A stretch of 64,000 nucleotides of DNA, taken from Rickettsia typhi. Its GTDB lineage: Bacteria; Pseudomonadota; Alphaproteobacteria; Rickettsiales; UBA1997. The position numbers were made by a program, and so were the translations under genes. Where the stretch lies: assembly GCA_945901265.1 (NCBI GenBank), contig CAMDJZ010000001.1, positions 20,458-84,457 on the forward strand, written 5' to 3'. Within the stretch, counting starts at the first letter, position 1. Each line of letters starts with the position of its first letter. Below are positions 10,227 through 20,663 of the stretch, in pieces. The notes beneath the pieces were generated by a model. It did not search any database. It saw nothing but the letters and a program-made list of their open reading frames with translations, and was not told the DNA's origin.

Positions 10227-10790
10227 TTATTGATAAATAACATCGCGATATTTTAAAATAGCTTCATTAGCTCTTTGAAGCATTAGATTCAAATCAATTT
10301 CATTATTTTCGCCCTGAATATAAGCTGATTTCCATGGGCTATTATTGCCTTCGTGAGTGATTTTACTTAAAGACCAACCATCTTTATTTCGATAAGATTT
10401 CCAAACAGCGTTAACCGTATAAAGTATCTCATCATCTTCTTTAGCAATAATTGGCTTAGTAATGCCTTCCTTAGGATCAAAATTAATTGCATAGCGATCA
10501 ATTGGATTATTGCCAAAGATTTTAAATTCATGATAGATTGAAGGAACAACTGGTCCATATTGCCAAGCTTCGATTTTTTCGGCAAATAATTTTTGATCAT
10601 ATACTGCGTAATACCATGCGTAAGTAAAGTAAACGAGCTTAACTAATTTTAAAGGAGTAATATCGCTAACTCCTTCTTTTTTCGCTCGCCATAAAAAATA
10701 ATTGGCAATGTGAACGGGCAGAATATCGCTTCGGGTTTCGATTTGATGATTTGGTGTTTTAGCATGATTTTGCTCGCTGGATAATGACAT
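10227..10790 (-). CDS. Panacea-domain (DUF4065, SocA/GepA-like) protein, putative antitoxin
   Basis: IANYFLWRAKKEG..ITPLKLVKLVYFTYAWYYAVYDQKLFAEKIEAWQYGPVVPSIYHEFKIFG matches the DUF4065 core pattern. Confidence 0.8.
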   Translation of the reverse strand: MSLSSEQNHAKTPNHQIETRSDILPVHIANYFLWRAKKEGVSDITPLKLVKLVYFTYAWYYAVYDQKLFAEKIEAWQYGPVVPSIYHEFKIFGNNPIDRYAINFDPKEGITKPIIAKEDDEILYTVNAVWKSYRNKDGWSLSKITHEGNNSPWKSAYIQGENNEIDLNLMLQRANEAILKYRDVIYQ

Positions 10791-11047
10791 ATTTAAAAAT
10801 TTTATTATTAAAAATGAATTGGTGAAAAATTTAAAAAATAATAAATTTAATTAGTAAATTTATATTAAAATATTCTTTAAAAAAAAATGAATGTCAAACA
10901 AATTCTCGTTAAAAATTATTTTTTTAAAAATTAAAATTAAGTCTGAACACTTGACTTATTTGATCAAAGAGGATTTAATTAAAAAACTATTTTTATCATC
11001 ATTTTTGTGGTTATAATTTTAATTTCATTTACTAAAATATTTTTTCA

Positions 11048-11959
11048 ATGATTACAACTGAAGTAAATAAAGATTTTGTGGATTATCGCTTAGATAAGTT
11101 TTTATGCGAAAAATTTGATATTTCCTTCGCCTTAGCGCAAAAATTAATTCGCGAAAAAAAAGTTAAGGTTAATGATCGAAGAGTTGACTCAGCTTATCGC
11201 GTTGAAGTTGAAGATCAAATAAAAATCTACAGCGATTTGGCTTTGCGCAAAACTAAAGCACCAAGAACTGATCAAATTTCACTAAATAAAATTGCACAAT
11301 TTTATGAAAAATTTTTTAGCAATCCACTTTACGAAGATGAAAATTTAATCGCCATTGATAAGCCATCTGGCCTTGCTACTCAAGGTGGAACAGGAATTGA
11401 ATTTTGTATTGACGATGCTTTAAAAGTTAAAAAATATCAGTTGGTTCATCGACTTGATAAAGATACTAGCGGTATTTTATTGATCGCTAAGGATAATCAA
11501 ACAGCCGATAAATTAACTTTAGCATTTAAAAATAAAGATATTGATAAAACATACTTGGCCTTGGTTTACAACTTAGTTAAAAAAGATCATGGCATAATTA
11601 ACATCCCGTTGATCAAAAAAAATCTTGGCAAAAATGACAAGGTTTTACCAGATCATATTGACGGAAAAATTGCTATCACTAATTATGAAGTCCTGCATCG
11701 TTTTACCAATTTCACTTTGCTAAAATTAATGCCAGTTACTGGCAGGACACATCAAATTCGTGTTCATTGTAAAGAAATTGGCTATCCAGTTTTAAATGAT
11801 GTTAAATATGGTGGGACTAAAGTCTTACGTAAAGAATTATCTCCAAGATTATGTTTGCATGCTTATAAAATAACCATTAATGGTTATTTATCAGAGCCTT
11901 TAACCATAATTTCTGAACTACCAGATTTTTTGAAAAAATTTAAAAAATTTATTCCGTGA
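11048..11959 (+). CDS. 23S rRNA pseudouridine synthase, RluA/RluC/RluD family, with S4 domain
   Basis: HRLDKDTSGILLIAK catalytic motif and TGRTHQIRVHC motif. S4-like N-terminus. Confidence 0.9.
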   Translation: MITTEVNKDFVDYRLDKFLCEKFDISFALAQKLIREKKVKVNDRRVDSAYRVEVEDQIKIYSDLALRKTKAPRTDQISLNKIAQFYEKFFSNPLYEDENLIAIDKPSGLATQGGTGIEFCIDDALKVKKYQLVHRLDKDTSGILLIAKDNQTADKLTLAFKNKDIDKTYLALVYNLVKKDHGIINIPLIKKNLGKNDKVLPDHIDGKIAITNYEVLHRFTNFTLLKLMPVTGRTHQIRVHCKEIGYPVLNDVKYGGTKVLRKELSPRLCLHAYKITINGYLSEPLTIISELPDFLKKFKKFIP

Positions 11960-12870
11960 ATTATCAACATCTTTACCACGCTGGAAACTTCGCCGATGTT
12001 TTTAAGCATGTAATTTTGTGTTTGTGTTTAGAAAAATTTCATGAAAAAAATAGCGGTTTTTTTGCACTTGATACTCATGGTGGAGCTGGAAAATATTCGC
12101 TCAATGAAGCAATTAAACTCAATAGTTTTGAAGCCGATGATGGTATTTTAAAAATTCTTAAACAATCAAATTTTCAAGAAATTTTGCCAGTAAGTTTTTT
12201 AAAAATTTTAGCAAAAATTAATATTTGTGAAATTGATGATTTAACTAATAAAATCAAGGACTACCCAGGATCGCCATTATTTATAAAAAACTTTTTACGA
12301 GCACAAGATCGTGCAATTTTTGTTGAAAAATCACCTGAAGTTTTTTATCAATTAAAGCGCAATTTTCAAGGCAATAAAAAAATTATTTGCGAAAATATTG
12401 ATGGCTTTTCTTTATTAAAATCAAAATTACCACCGCTAGAAAATCGCGGTTTAATTATCGTCGATCCAGCTTACGAAAAATTTAATCAAAAAGTTTCTAG
12501 CGATTATCAATGCTGTTTTTCTGGCTTAGTTAACGCTCAAAAAAGATTCGCTCATGGCGTTTATTTGCTTTGGTTTCCAATCATTGAAGGTCAAGAAAAA
12601 TTGCTTGAAGATTTTTATCAACAACTTAAGCAATTGAAATTTAAAAATGCATTGCAGATAATTTTTGATATTGGTTTTTCTAAAAATTTTTCTTCACAAG
12701 TTAAATTATCTACAAATCAAATCCTTCAAAAAAATAAAATGCATAGTTGTGGAATGTTTATTTTCAATGCTTCTTTCGGTTTAGAAGAAAAATTAAATTT
12801 TTATTTGCCCAGAATTTTAAATGCCTTAAAAATTGCCAATAACTGCAATATTACATTAAGCAAATTTTAA
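11956..12870 (+). CDS. rlmJ: 23S rRNA (adenine2030-N6)-methyltransferase RlmJ (DUF519)
   Basis: N-terminus NYQHLYHAGNFADVFKH and DPAYE motif (IIVDPAYEK). GTGA overlap with the upstream pseudouridine synthase gene. Confidence 0.85.
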   Translation: MNYQHLYHAGNFADVFKHVILCLCLEKFHEKNSGFFALDTHGGAGKYSLNEAIKLNSFEADDGILKILKQSNFQEILPVSFLKILAKINICEIDDLTNKIKDYPGSPLFIKNFLRAQDRAIFVEKSPEVFYQLKRNFQGNKKIICENIDGFSLLKSKLPPLENRGLIIVDPAYEKFNQKVSSDYQCCFSGLVNAQKRFAHGVYLLWFPIIEGQEKLLEDFYQQLKQLKFKNALQIIFDIGFSKNFSSQVKLSTNQILQKNKMHSCGMFIFNASFGLEEKLNFYLPRILNALKIANNCNITLSKF

Positions 12871-12920
12871 AGCGTCAGTAATGCATTTATCTATGGAAAT
12901 AGTATATTGATAAATAAAGT

Positions 12921-13529
12921 TTATTTGAAATCTTCAACATTTAATTTTACCCCTAAATCAAAAAACATTTCATCATGAGTTGCAATTAAGGCAATGCCTT
13001 GCTCTTTTATTCTTGATTTAATTAAGCCATGAAGTTTTTGTTTATTTGCTAAATCTAAATTGGTGGAAGGTTCATCGAGAAGCCATAAGGTTGCGGGGCA
13101 AGCAAGTAACCTAGCAAGTCTAACGCGCATTTGAACTCCGGCCGATAGGTTTTTGACTTTTATATTGGCAATTTCGTTTAATTCAAAAAAACTTAAAGCC
13201 GAACTCAAGGCCATTTGCGTATCAGCTAATTTAGCGTAAAATTCAAGATTTTCAAAAACCGTTAATTCTTGTTTTAAAAAATTTTTATGACCAATAAATT
13301 GCATATCGCCATTAAAAATATCGCGCATTTCTTCAACATCGCGCAATCCCCAAAGAATCTTGCCGTTTTGCGCAGTCATAATTCCCGCAATAATTTTTAA
13401 AAGCGAAGTTTTACCACTGCCATTTCCACCAGCAATCACAAGCGCTGATGATGTGCTTAATGAAAATCCTAGATTGCTAAAAATTTTCTTGTTATCTTTA
13501 ATTAGTGTTAGATTATCGCAAGTTAGCAT
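12921..13529 (-). CDS. ccmA: Haem exporter ATP-binding protein CcmA
   Basis: Walker A GGNGSGKTSLLK, ABC signature LSAGVQMRVRLARLL, Walker B LWLLDEP. About 200 aa, typical of CcmA. Confidence 0.85.
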   Translation of the reverse strand: MLTCDNLTLIKDNKKIFSNLGFSLSTSSALVIAGGNGSGKTSLLKIIAGIMTAQNGKILWGLRDVEEMRDIFNGDMQFIGHKNFLKQELTVFENLEFYAKLADTQMALSSALSFFELNEIANIKVKNLSAGVQMRVRLARLLACPATLWLLDEPSTNLDLANKQKLHGLIKSRIKEQGIALIATHDEMFFDLGVKLNVEDFK

Positions 13530-13594
13530 GAAATTATTTTAATTTTAAATTTAAGATCATTGTTAATCGATCTAAATTAATTGAAAATTTTAAT

Positions 13595-14245
13595 ATGAAA
13601 TTTTACGAATATACTATAAGCAAAGACCCAAAATATCTAGTAGTTTTTTTACATGGCTATGGTGCTAATGGTCAAAATTTAATTACATTGGCTGATGATT
13701 TTGCGCAAGTTTTACCGCAAGCTTTATATTTGTCACCAAATGCAATTGAACCTTGGGAAGGTAGATTTCCCAACGCTTATCAATGGTTTTCACTTTATGA
13801 AAATGACCAAAGAAAATCATTGTTGCAACTTGGCGCAGAAATAAAAAAATCCAATAAAATTTTACAAGATTTTTTAAATGAACAACTTACTCGTTTAAAA
13901 TTAAATCATTGTGAATTAATTCTTATTGGCTTTTCACAAGGTTCGATGATGGCCAATTATCAAGGAATGATTTCTCAACAACAATTAGCAGGAGTTATTA
14001 GTTATTCTGGTAAAATAATAGAACCAACTAATGTTGGTGAAAAAATAATATCAAAAACTAAAACCTGTTTGATTCACGGGCAAGAAGACTCGGTACTGGA
14101 TTTCGATAATTTCTTAGAAGCTCAAAAAATTTTAACAAGACTAGAAATTCCTTTCGAGTCTCATGGTTTAGAGGATCTCGATCATGCAATTGACCTTAGG
14201 GGAATCGACATCGCCAAGCAATTCATTAAATCAATTACAAAATAA
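13595..14245 (+). CDS. Alpha/beta-hydrolase, phospholipase/carboxylesterase family
   Basis: VVFLHGYGANG, nucleophile elbow GFSQGSMMA, later GQEDSV and His-containing C-terminus. Confidence 0.75.
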   Translation: MKFYEYTISKDPKYLVVFLHGYGANGQNLITLADDFAQVLPQALYLSPNAIEPWEGRFPNAYQWFSLYENDQRKSLLQLGAEIKKSNKILQDFLNEQLTRLKLNHCELILIGFSQGSMMANYQGMISQQQLAGVISYSGKIIEPTNVGEKIISKTKTCLIHGQEDSVLDFDNFLEAQKILTRLEIPFESHGLEDLDHAIDLRGIDIAKQFIKSITK

Positions 14246-14249
14246 AAAT

Positions 14250-15530
14250 ATGCGTTTATCAAACTATTTTTTACCAACTCTTAAAGAAATTCCTCTTGAA
14301 GCATCTGTTGTTTCTCATCAACTTTTACTGCGCTCTGGCATGATTCGCCAAACCGCATCAGGCATTTATAGCTGGCTTCCCTTGGGTCTTAGAGTACTTC
14401 GCAAAATTGAAAATATTATTCGCCAAGAAATGGATAAGGCTGGAGCGCTGGAAATTTTAATGCCAACGATTCAACCTGCAGAATTGTGGATCGAATCTGG
14501 TCGTTATGATGCTTACGGCAAAGAAATGTTGCGCATAAAAGATCGTCATGATCGCGATATTTTATATGGACCAACTCATGAAGAAGTTATCACCGATTTA
14601 TTTCGTAAAAACATCAATTCCTATAAGGATTTACCAAAAAATTTTTACCAAATAAATTGGAAATTTCGTGATGAAATTCGTCCCAGATTTGGCTTGATGC
14701 GTGGTCGAGAATTTTTGATGAAGGATTCTTATTCATTTGACATTGACGAAGAAAATGCGCGCAAAACTTACAATTTGATGTATGAAACTTATTATAAAAT
14801 TTTCTTACGAATGGGTTTAAAACCAATTGCATTGCGAGCAGATACGGGAGCGATCGGCGGTGATTTATCGCATGAATTTCATATTCTTGCTGATGTTGGC
14901 GAAAGTGCAATTTTTTATGATAAAAAACTCGATGAAGTTTTTGAAAATAATTCTTCCAACGCTGATTTCGATATTCAATCTTTACAAAAAATATACGCTA
15001 CTGCCGATGATCTTCATGATCCAAATAATTGTCCAATTCCGCTTGACCAATTAGTTTCAAAGCGGGGAATTGAAGTTGGGCAAATTTTTAATTTCAAATC
15101 AAAATATTCGCAAGCTTTGCAAGCTAGCGTAATGGGAGCAAATTCTCAAAAAATTTATCCAAATATGGGTTCATACGGCATCGGGGTTTCTCGCGTTGTA
15201 TCAGCAACTATTGAAGCTAATCATGATGAAAAAGGAATTATTTGGCCTGAGGCTCTTGCTCCTTTTGCAGTAATGCTAATCAATATTCGCAGTAATGACG
15301 AAAACTGCAACAAAGCTTGCGAAGAAATTTATCACAAACTTCAAAATAAAGGTATCGAAGTTCTTTATGATGATAGCGAAAATAGTCTTGGACAAAAATT
15401 TGCCGTTGCTGATTTGATTGGCATTCCTAAACAAATTATTGTTGGGCCAAAATCCTTAAGCCTTGGCATGGTTGAAATTAAAGATCGTAAAACTGGCGAA
15501 AAGAAAGAAGTTAATCTTTCGCAAATTTAA
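14250..15530 (+). CDS. proS: Proline--tRNA ligase (short, alphaproteobacterial type)
   Basis: MRLSNYFLPTLKE N-terminus, FRDEIRPRFGLMRGREFLMKD (motif 2), class II motifs and anticodon-binding C-terminus. Start moved to the internal ATG at 14250, which removes the overlap with the esterase gene. Confidence 0.93.
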   Translation: MRLSNYFLPTLKEIPLEASVVSHQLLLRSGMIRQTASGIYSWLPLGLRVLRKIENIIRQEMDKAGALEILMPTIQPAELWIESGRYDAYGKEMLRIKDRHDRDILYGPTHEEVITDLFRKNINSYKDLPKNFYQINWKFRDEIRPRFGLMRGREFLMKDSYSFDIDEENARKTYNLMYETYYKIFLRMGLKPIALRADTGAIGGDLSHEFHILADVGESAIFYDKKLDEVFENNSSNADFDIQSLQKIYATADDLHDPNNCPIPLDQLVSKRGIEVGQIFNFKSKYSQALQASVMGANSQKIYPNMGSYGIGVSRVVSATIEANHDEKGIIWPEALAPFAVMLINIRSNDENCNKACEEIYHKLQNKGIEVLYDDSENSLGQKFAVADLIGIPKQIIVGPKSLSLGMVEIKDRKTGEKKEVNLSQI

Positions 15531-15641
15531 ATTTAAAAATCACTATTACCTCTGACTTACAAGCTAAATACTCGATAAAAAACTTGACTAATTAGCAATT
15601 ATAATTATTTTTATTTTCTTTTTTAAAATTTCTAATTCCAT

Positions 15642-16931
15642 ATGAATAAAGCCTTAGGAAATCACATTTTGATTGAATTTATGAATTGCGATCCAGCGAT
15701 TCTAAATGATGTTGCAACTATCGAAAAAAACATGGTTGACGCCGCATCAAAAGCTGGCGCTACAGTTATAAATTCAACATTTCATCACTTTTCTCCTTAT
15801 GGAGTTTCAGGAGTTGTGGTTATTCAAGAAAGTCATTTAGCAATTCATACCTGGCCTGAATGGGGCTATGCGGCAGTTGATCTTTTTACTTGCGGTGAAA
15901 TTGATGCTTGGATTTCTTTTGATTATTTAAAAAAATCTTTTGGCTCTGATTCTTACTCGGCAATTGAAATGAAACGTGGATCGGTTAATTTGCTAAAACG
16001 AAGCGATTTCAAAATTAGCAATATTGATAGCACCAAAAATAAGTGGAATAATCCAGATTTTCACACTCGCAATGTTTGGTTCACCGATAAAGATGAAGAC
16101 CAAGCTTTATCGCTTCGTTATACCGGTGAAATTCTTCATGATCAACAATCTCCTTATCAAAGGGTACGCATTCTTGAGAGTTATAAATATGGCAAAATCC
16201 TTACTCTTGACAATATGGTCATGACTACCCAAAAGGACGAATATCACTATCACGAAATGATTAGCCACATCGCCATGTTTACTCATCACAATCCTCAAAA
16301 AATTCTCGTAATTGGCGGAGGAGATGGTGGAACGGTTAGAGAGATTCTAAGACATGAAAATATCAAGAAAGTAACTATGGTGGAAATTGACAATGAAGTA
16401 ATCGAAGCTTGTAAAAAACATTTACCAGAAATTGCTTGTGCGCTAGACCACCCTAAGCTTGAATTAATTGTTGATGATGGAATTTCATTCGTTAAAAACG
16501 CTCCTGCTAATTCTTATGATGTTATTATTGTTGATGGCTCTGATCCAGTTGGTCCTGCTCAAGGTTTGTTTAGTATCGAGTTTTACAAAAATTGTTACAA
16601 AGCTTTAAAGAATGACGGAATATTAGTTTCACAAGGTGAGTCACCAAAATTTAATGAAAAAGTTTTTGTTGAATTAAATTCAACTTTAAAAAATATTTTT
16701 GGTCAAAATAATACCAATGTTTCACTTTTCTTTGTTCCTACCTATCCTACTGGAATGTGGTCATTTCAATATGGTATAAAAAATGCACAACAAAATTATC
16801 AACTAGAAAAAATTGCCAATAGTCCCGTGATAGACGAATTTGTTGCCAAGCAAAATTTGCGTTATTACAATTCACAAGTACATCTTGGCAGTTTTGCTTT
16901 ACCAAATTTTGTAAAAAATTTAATTGCTTAA
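15642..16931 (+). CDS. Fused S-adenosylmethionine decarboxylase proenzyme (SpeD) and spermidine synthase (SpeE)
   Basis: N-terminal about 125 aa carry the pyruvoyl self-cleavage motif VVVIQES|HLAIHTWPE (E63-S64, nt 15828-15833). C-terminal about 290 aa carry SpeE motifs [33 protein letters not shown] and [10 protein letters not shown]. Confidence 0.85.
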   Translation: MNKALGNHILIEFMNCDPAILNDVATIEKNMVDAASKAGATVINSTFHHFSPYGVSGVVVIQESHLAIHTWPEWGYAAVDLFTCGEIDAWISFDYLKKSFGSDSYSAIEMKRGSVNLLKRSDFKISNIDSTKNKWNNPDFHTRNVWFTDKDEDQALSLRYTGEILHDQQSPYQRVRILESYKYGKILTLDNMVMTTQKDEYHYHEMISHIAMFTHHNPQKILVIGGGDGGTVREILRHENIKKVTMVEIDNEVIEACKKHLPEIACALDHPKLELIVDDGISFVKNAPANSYDVIIVDGSDPVGPAQGLFSIEFYKNCYKALKNDGILVSQGESPKFNEKVFVELNSTLKNIFGQNNTNVSLFFVPTYPTGMWSFQYGIKNAQQNYQLEKIANSPVIDEFVAKQNLRYYNSQVHLGSFALPNFVKNLIA

Positions 16932-16992
16932 GAATATTAAAAATTATTTTTTTTAATGACATTAATTAGTTATTAATATTTTAAGTTAGAAT

Positions 16993-18504
16993 ATGTTAAA
17001 AAATAATATAAAAAAACCGATTTTATTATGCATATTAGATGGCTTTGGTATTGATAGTGACAAGACCCCAAAACAAATTAAGTCCAATGCGATTGCTGAA
17101 GCTAAAATGCCAAATTATCAACGCATTTTAAAAAATTATCCACTTTCACAATTAGAAACTTCGGGCCTTGCCGTTGGTCTTCCTGACAAGCAAATTGGCA
17201 ATTCAGAAGTTGGACATATGACCATTGGCGCAGGAAGAATTATTTATCAAGATTTGCCCCGCATAAATAACGCTATAAAAGATGGAAGTTTTGAAAAAAA
17301 TACTGATTTACTTTCGCTAATTGCTAATTTTAAAAATAGCGATAAAACCTGTCATCTCATGGGCTTGTTGTCAGATGGCGGGGTTCATTCACATCTTGAT
17401 CACATTATTTTTCTTGCTGATTTTTTACAAAAAAATCATGTAAAAGTTTTAATTCATGCCTTTCTTGATGGTCGCGATGTAGCCCAAAAAAGTGCAGAAA
17501 TTTTTTTAGAAAAAATCAAAGATTTTAAAATCGCTTCAATTTGCGGACGCTATTACAGCATGGATCGCGATCAAAAATTGGAGCGCATAAAATTGGCTTG
17601 CGATGCAATTTTATTTGGCATTGGTGAAAATTTTAAAAACCCATCAGCAGTGATCAAGAATGCTTATTTTCAAAATATAACTGACGAATTTGTTAAACCT
17701 TGCATAATTGATAATTTCAAAGGTGTTAGTGAAAATGATGGATTAATCTTTTGCAATTTTCGTGCTGATCGCGCTCGCCAGATTTCACAAAAACTTGCGG
17801 AAAGTAAAAAATTTTCAATGGCCATAGCGCTTACGCAATATTCACCAGATCTTAATAAATTCTATCGCGTTTTATTTCCTAAAACTCAAATTAAAAATTC
17901 ATTGCCAGAAATTTTAGCCAATAATAATTTACAGCAATTGCGCATTGCCGAAACTGAAAAATATGCTCACGTTACATTCTTTTTTTCTTGTGGACAAGAA
18001 AAAGAATTTAATAATGAAGATCGTATTTTGATACCATCACCTAATGTTGCAACATATGATCTCAAACCAGAAATGTCATCCAGAGAAATTGGTGAAAATC
18101 TTTGTAAAGCAATAGAAAGCAATAAATATGATTTTATCTTAGTAAATTATGCCAATACTGATATGGTTGGTCATTCAGGCCTAATTGATCCTTCGATAAA
18201 GGCTTGCGAGGCTATTGATTATCAATTGGGAATTTTAGAAAAAGCTATTTTACAGCAAGATGGTGTTTTATTAATTTCTGCAGATCATGGCAATGTTGAA
18301 TGTATGATTGATGAAAATAATCAACCCCACACCTCTCACACCACTAATCCGGTGCCATTTATTTTGATAAGTCGCGATGCTAATTTATTTTCATTAGAAA
18401 ATGGTGGATTGTGCGATATCGCTCCTTCGATTTTATATTTACTAGAAATAGCCAAACCGCAAGAAATGATCGGTAAAAACCTCATCAATTTCAAAAAAAA
18501 TTAA
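16993..18504 (+). CDS. gpmI: 2,3-bisphosphoglycerate-independent phosphoglycerate mutase
   Basis: LCILDGFG, GNSEVGHMTIGAGR, DGRDV, ETEKYAHVTFFF, NYANTDMVGHSG and SADHGN motifs. Confidence 0.95.
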   Translation: MLKNNIKKPILLCILDGFGIDSDKTPKQIKSNAIAEAKMPNYQRILKNYPLSQLETSGLAVGLPDKQIGNSEVGHMTIGAGRIIYQDLPRINNAIKDGSFEKNTDLLSLIANFKNSDKTCHLMGLLSDGGVHSHLDHIIFLADFLQKNHVKVLIHAFLDGRDVAQKSAEIFLEKIKDFKIASICGRYYSMDRDQKLERIKLACDAILFGIGENFKNPSAVIKNAYFQNITDEFVKPCIIDNFKGVSENDGLIFCNFRADRARQISQKLAESKKFSMAIALTQYSPDLNKFYRVLFPKTQIKNSLPEILANNNLQQLRIAETEKYAHVTFFFSCGQEKEFNNEDRILIPSPNVATYDLKPEMSSREIGENLCKAIESNKYDFILVNYANTDMVGHSGLIDPSIKACEAIDYQLGILEKAILQQDGVLLISADHGNVECMIDENNQPHTSHTTNPVPFILISRDANLFSLENGGLCDIAPSILYLLEIAKPQEMIGKNLINFKKN

Positions 18505-18505
18505 C

Positions 18506-19360
18506 ATGTTCAGCGCCAAAAAAAAATTTGTAAAAAAAATTTTAGATTTAGTTTTCTTGTTTAGATTATATTTTCTTAAACTTAAAACATTTTTTTTATC
18601 GAAAGTTTTTTTTTCCACATCAGTCAGTAAAAATAATCCACCTAAAAAAGAAGCTGGATTTTTTGCAACTTTAATAATTGCAATTTTATTCGCAGGAATA
18701 ATTCGCTCTTTTCTATTCGAACCATTTCATATCCCTTCTGGATCAATGAAGCCAACACTTTTAGTTGGAGATTTTGTTTTTGTAAAAAAATATGCTTATG
18801 GATATTCGCATTATTCATTTCCATTTTCTATAAATTTTTTTAGTGGTAGAATTTTTAATAAATCTCCACAAAGAGGTGACGTTGCGGTGTTTCGCTATCC
18901 AGCTGACCCGAGCATTAACTACATCAAGCGTATTATTGGCTTACCTTTTGATCAAATTCAAATGCGTCTGGGGAAGCTTTTTATTAATAACATTGAAATT
19001 GATAAAATTAATGATGGTCAATTTATTGACCAAATTAATGGCGAAAAAATTAGTGCCAATCAATTTCTAGAAATTTTACCGCAAGGTAAAAAATTCCATG
19101 TTCTTGATCTAGCAAACACTCCGCAAGATAATACTGGAATATACAATGTTCCTGCGGGACATTTTTTTGTGATGGGCGATAATCGTGACAACTCACAAGA
19201 TAGTCGCTTCCTTGATCAAGTTGGTCTTGTTCCTGAAGAAAATTTAGTTGGACAAGCATCTTTAATCTTCTTTTCCAATGCCGATTCATTTTGGAAATTT
19301 TGGCTCTGGGGCGATTCAATTCGCTTCTCACGAATTTTTAAAAATATCAACAATGACTAA
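18506..19360 (+). CDS. lepB: Signal peptidase I
   Basis: PSGSMKPTLLVGD (catalytic Ser), YIKRIIGLP (Lys box) and GDNRDNSQDSRF motifs. Confidence 0.9.
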   Translation: MFSAKKKFVKKILDLVFLFRLYFLKLKTFFLSKVFFSTSVSKNNPPKKEAGFFATLIIAILFAGIIRSFLFEPFHIPSGSMKPTLLVGDFVFVKKYAYGYSHYSFPFSINFFSGRIFNKSPQRGDVAVFRYPADPSINYIKRIIGLPFDQIQMRLGKLFINNIEIDKINDGQFIDQINGEKISANQFLEILPQGKKFHVLDLANTPQDNTGIYNVPAGHFFVMGDNRDNSQDSRFLDQVGLVPEENLVGQASLIFFSNADSFWKFWLWGDSIRFSRIFKNINND

Positions 19361-20042
19361 TGATTTAATTCAATTTTGTAATAAAATTTTCTATAATTTT
19401 AACAATAACGCCCTTCTTGAAGAAGCTCTAACTCATCCAAGTATTTGTAAGGAAAAAAAAATTAAAAGCAATTATCAACGACTAGAATTTTTAGGGGATA
19501 AAGTTTTATCTTTAATTATTTCAGAATTTTTAATGCATAAATTTAGTAATGAGGCGGAAGGTCCACTTTCTAAGCGTCATGCCAATTTAGTATCTGGTGA
19601 AACATTGGCAAAAATCGCTTTAGATATTAATTTAGATCAAGTATTGCAATTGAGTTTTGGTGAAGAAAAATTAGGCGGAAAAAGCAATAAACGTAATTTA
19701 GAAAATACCCTTGAAGCCTTAGTTGGAGCAATTTATCTTGATAGTAATTATGAACAAGCTAAAAATTTTGTCTTAAAATTTTGGCAAAATTATTTACATC
19801 AAGATCATCAACCTCCCCAGGATGCCATATCGCAGTTGCAGGAATTGATTCAGGCTAACAGTAAAGAGCTTCCGCAATATCATACTATCAAAGAGGGTGG
19901 CTTTGATCATGCACCAATTTTTATCTCAACCATAACTTTACCAAATCATCAAGAAACCTTTAATGCCAAAGGTCAATCTAAAAAAGAAGCGCAAAAGAAT
20001 GTTGCTAAAATCGCATTGCAATTTCTTCAAGATAAATCGTGA
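19353..20042 (+). CDS. rnc: Ribonuclease III
   Basis: NYQRLEFLGDKVL signature, NLENTLEALVGAIYLD and a C-terminal dsRBD (KSKKEAQKNVAKIAL). Start set to the ATG at 19353, which overlaps the lepB stop by 8 nt. Confidence 0.9.
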   Translation: MTNDLIQFCNKIFYNFNNNALLEEALTHPSICKEKKIKSNYQRLEFLGDKVLSLIISEFLMHKFSNEAEGPLSKRHANLVSGETLAKIALDINLDQVLQLSFGEEKLGGKSNKRNLENTLEALVGAIYLDSNYEQAKNFVLKFWQNYLHQDHQPPQDAISQLQELIQANSKELPQYHTIKEGGFDHAPIFISTITLPNHQETFNAKGQSKKEAQKNVAKIALQFLQDKS

Positions 20043-20084
20043 ATGCTTTAATTAAATTTTAAATTAAAATCTAATTTTATAAAT

Positions 20085-20663
20085 TTATTTTTTCATTTCT
20101 CGAGCCATAAAAGGCATTTGCAAAATTGTAAAAATTATTGTAAAAGTCATCATACCAAATACTTTAAAATCAACCCAAAATTCAGTGGTAAAATTACGCC
20201 AAATAACTTCATTTACGATTGCTAAAAAAATAAAATATACACCCCAACGCCTTGAAAGAATTAGCCAAGCTTCATTGCTCATTTCAATCTTATCTTCAAA
20301 TAACATTGCCAGCATCGCTTTTTTTTTAAAATACCCATAAAATAAAATAGAGGCAAAGGTTAAGTTGATAATAGTTGGTTTTATTTTAATAAAAAATTCA
20401 TCATTAAAAATCGCTGTTAATCCTCCAAAAATTGCCAAAATAATTCCTGAAAATAAAGCAATTTGAGAAATTTTTCTAACCAAAATATAAGATAATATTA
20501 AAGAAATAAATGTAACCGCTACCAAACAAATTGTAGCAAATATCAAGGGTTCAAAATTATAATTTATTACTGAGTTTTTGGGAATTTTAAAAGCAATAAA
20601 AAATACAATTATTGGTAAATAATCGCATAAGAATTTGGCGATCCCTTCTTTTTTTTTAGTCAT
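20085..20663 (-). CDS. yciB: Intracellular septation protein A (YciB/IspZ family)
   Basis: About 190 aa with five hydrophobic helices, and N-terminus with LCDYLPIIVFFIAFK as in YciB. Confidence 0.75.
   Translation of the reverse strand: MTKKKEGIAKFLCDYLPIIVFFIAFKIPKNSVINYNFEPLIFATICLVAVTFISLILSYILVRKISQIALFSGIILAIFGGLTAIFNDEFFIKIKPTIINLTFASILFYGYFKKKAMLAMLFEDKIEMSNEAWLILSRRWGVYFIFLAIVNEVIWRNFTTEFWVDFKVFGMMTFTIIFTILQMPFMAREMKK

Noticed and set aside
10951-10979. Sigma-70-like promoter TTGACT-17 nt-TTTAAT upstream of the rluC-like gene
   Set aside because: It is plausible, but in roughly 70-75 percent AT spacers such hexamer pairs arise readily by chance, so it is not reported as a feature without TSS data.
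14184-14249. Upstream extension of proS (MQLTLGESTSPSNSLNQLQNKN)
   Set aside because: The extension overlaps the end of the esterase gene and is absent from the conserved ProRS N-terminus, which begins MRLSNYFLPTLKE at 14250.
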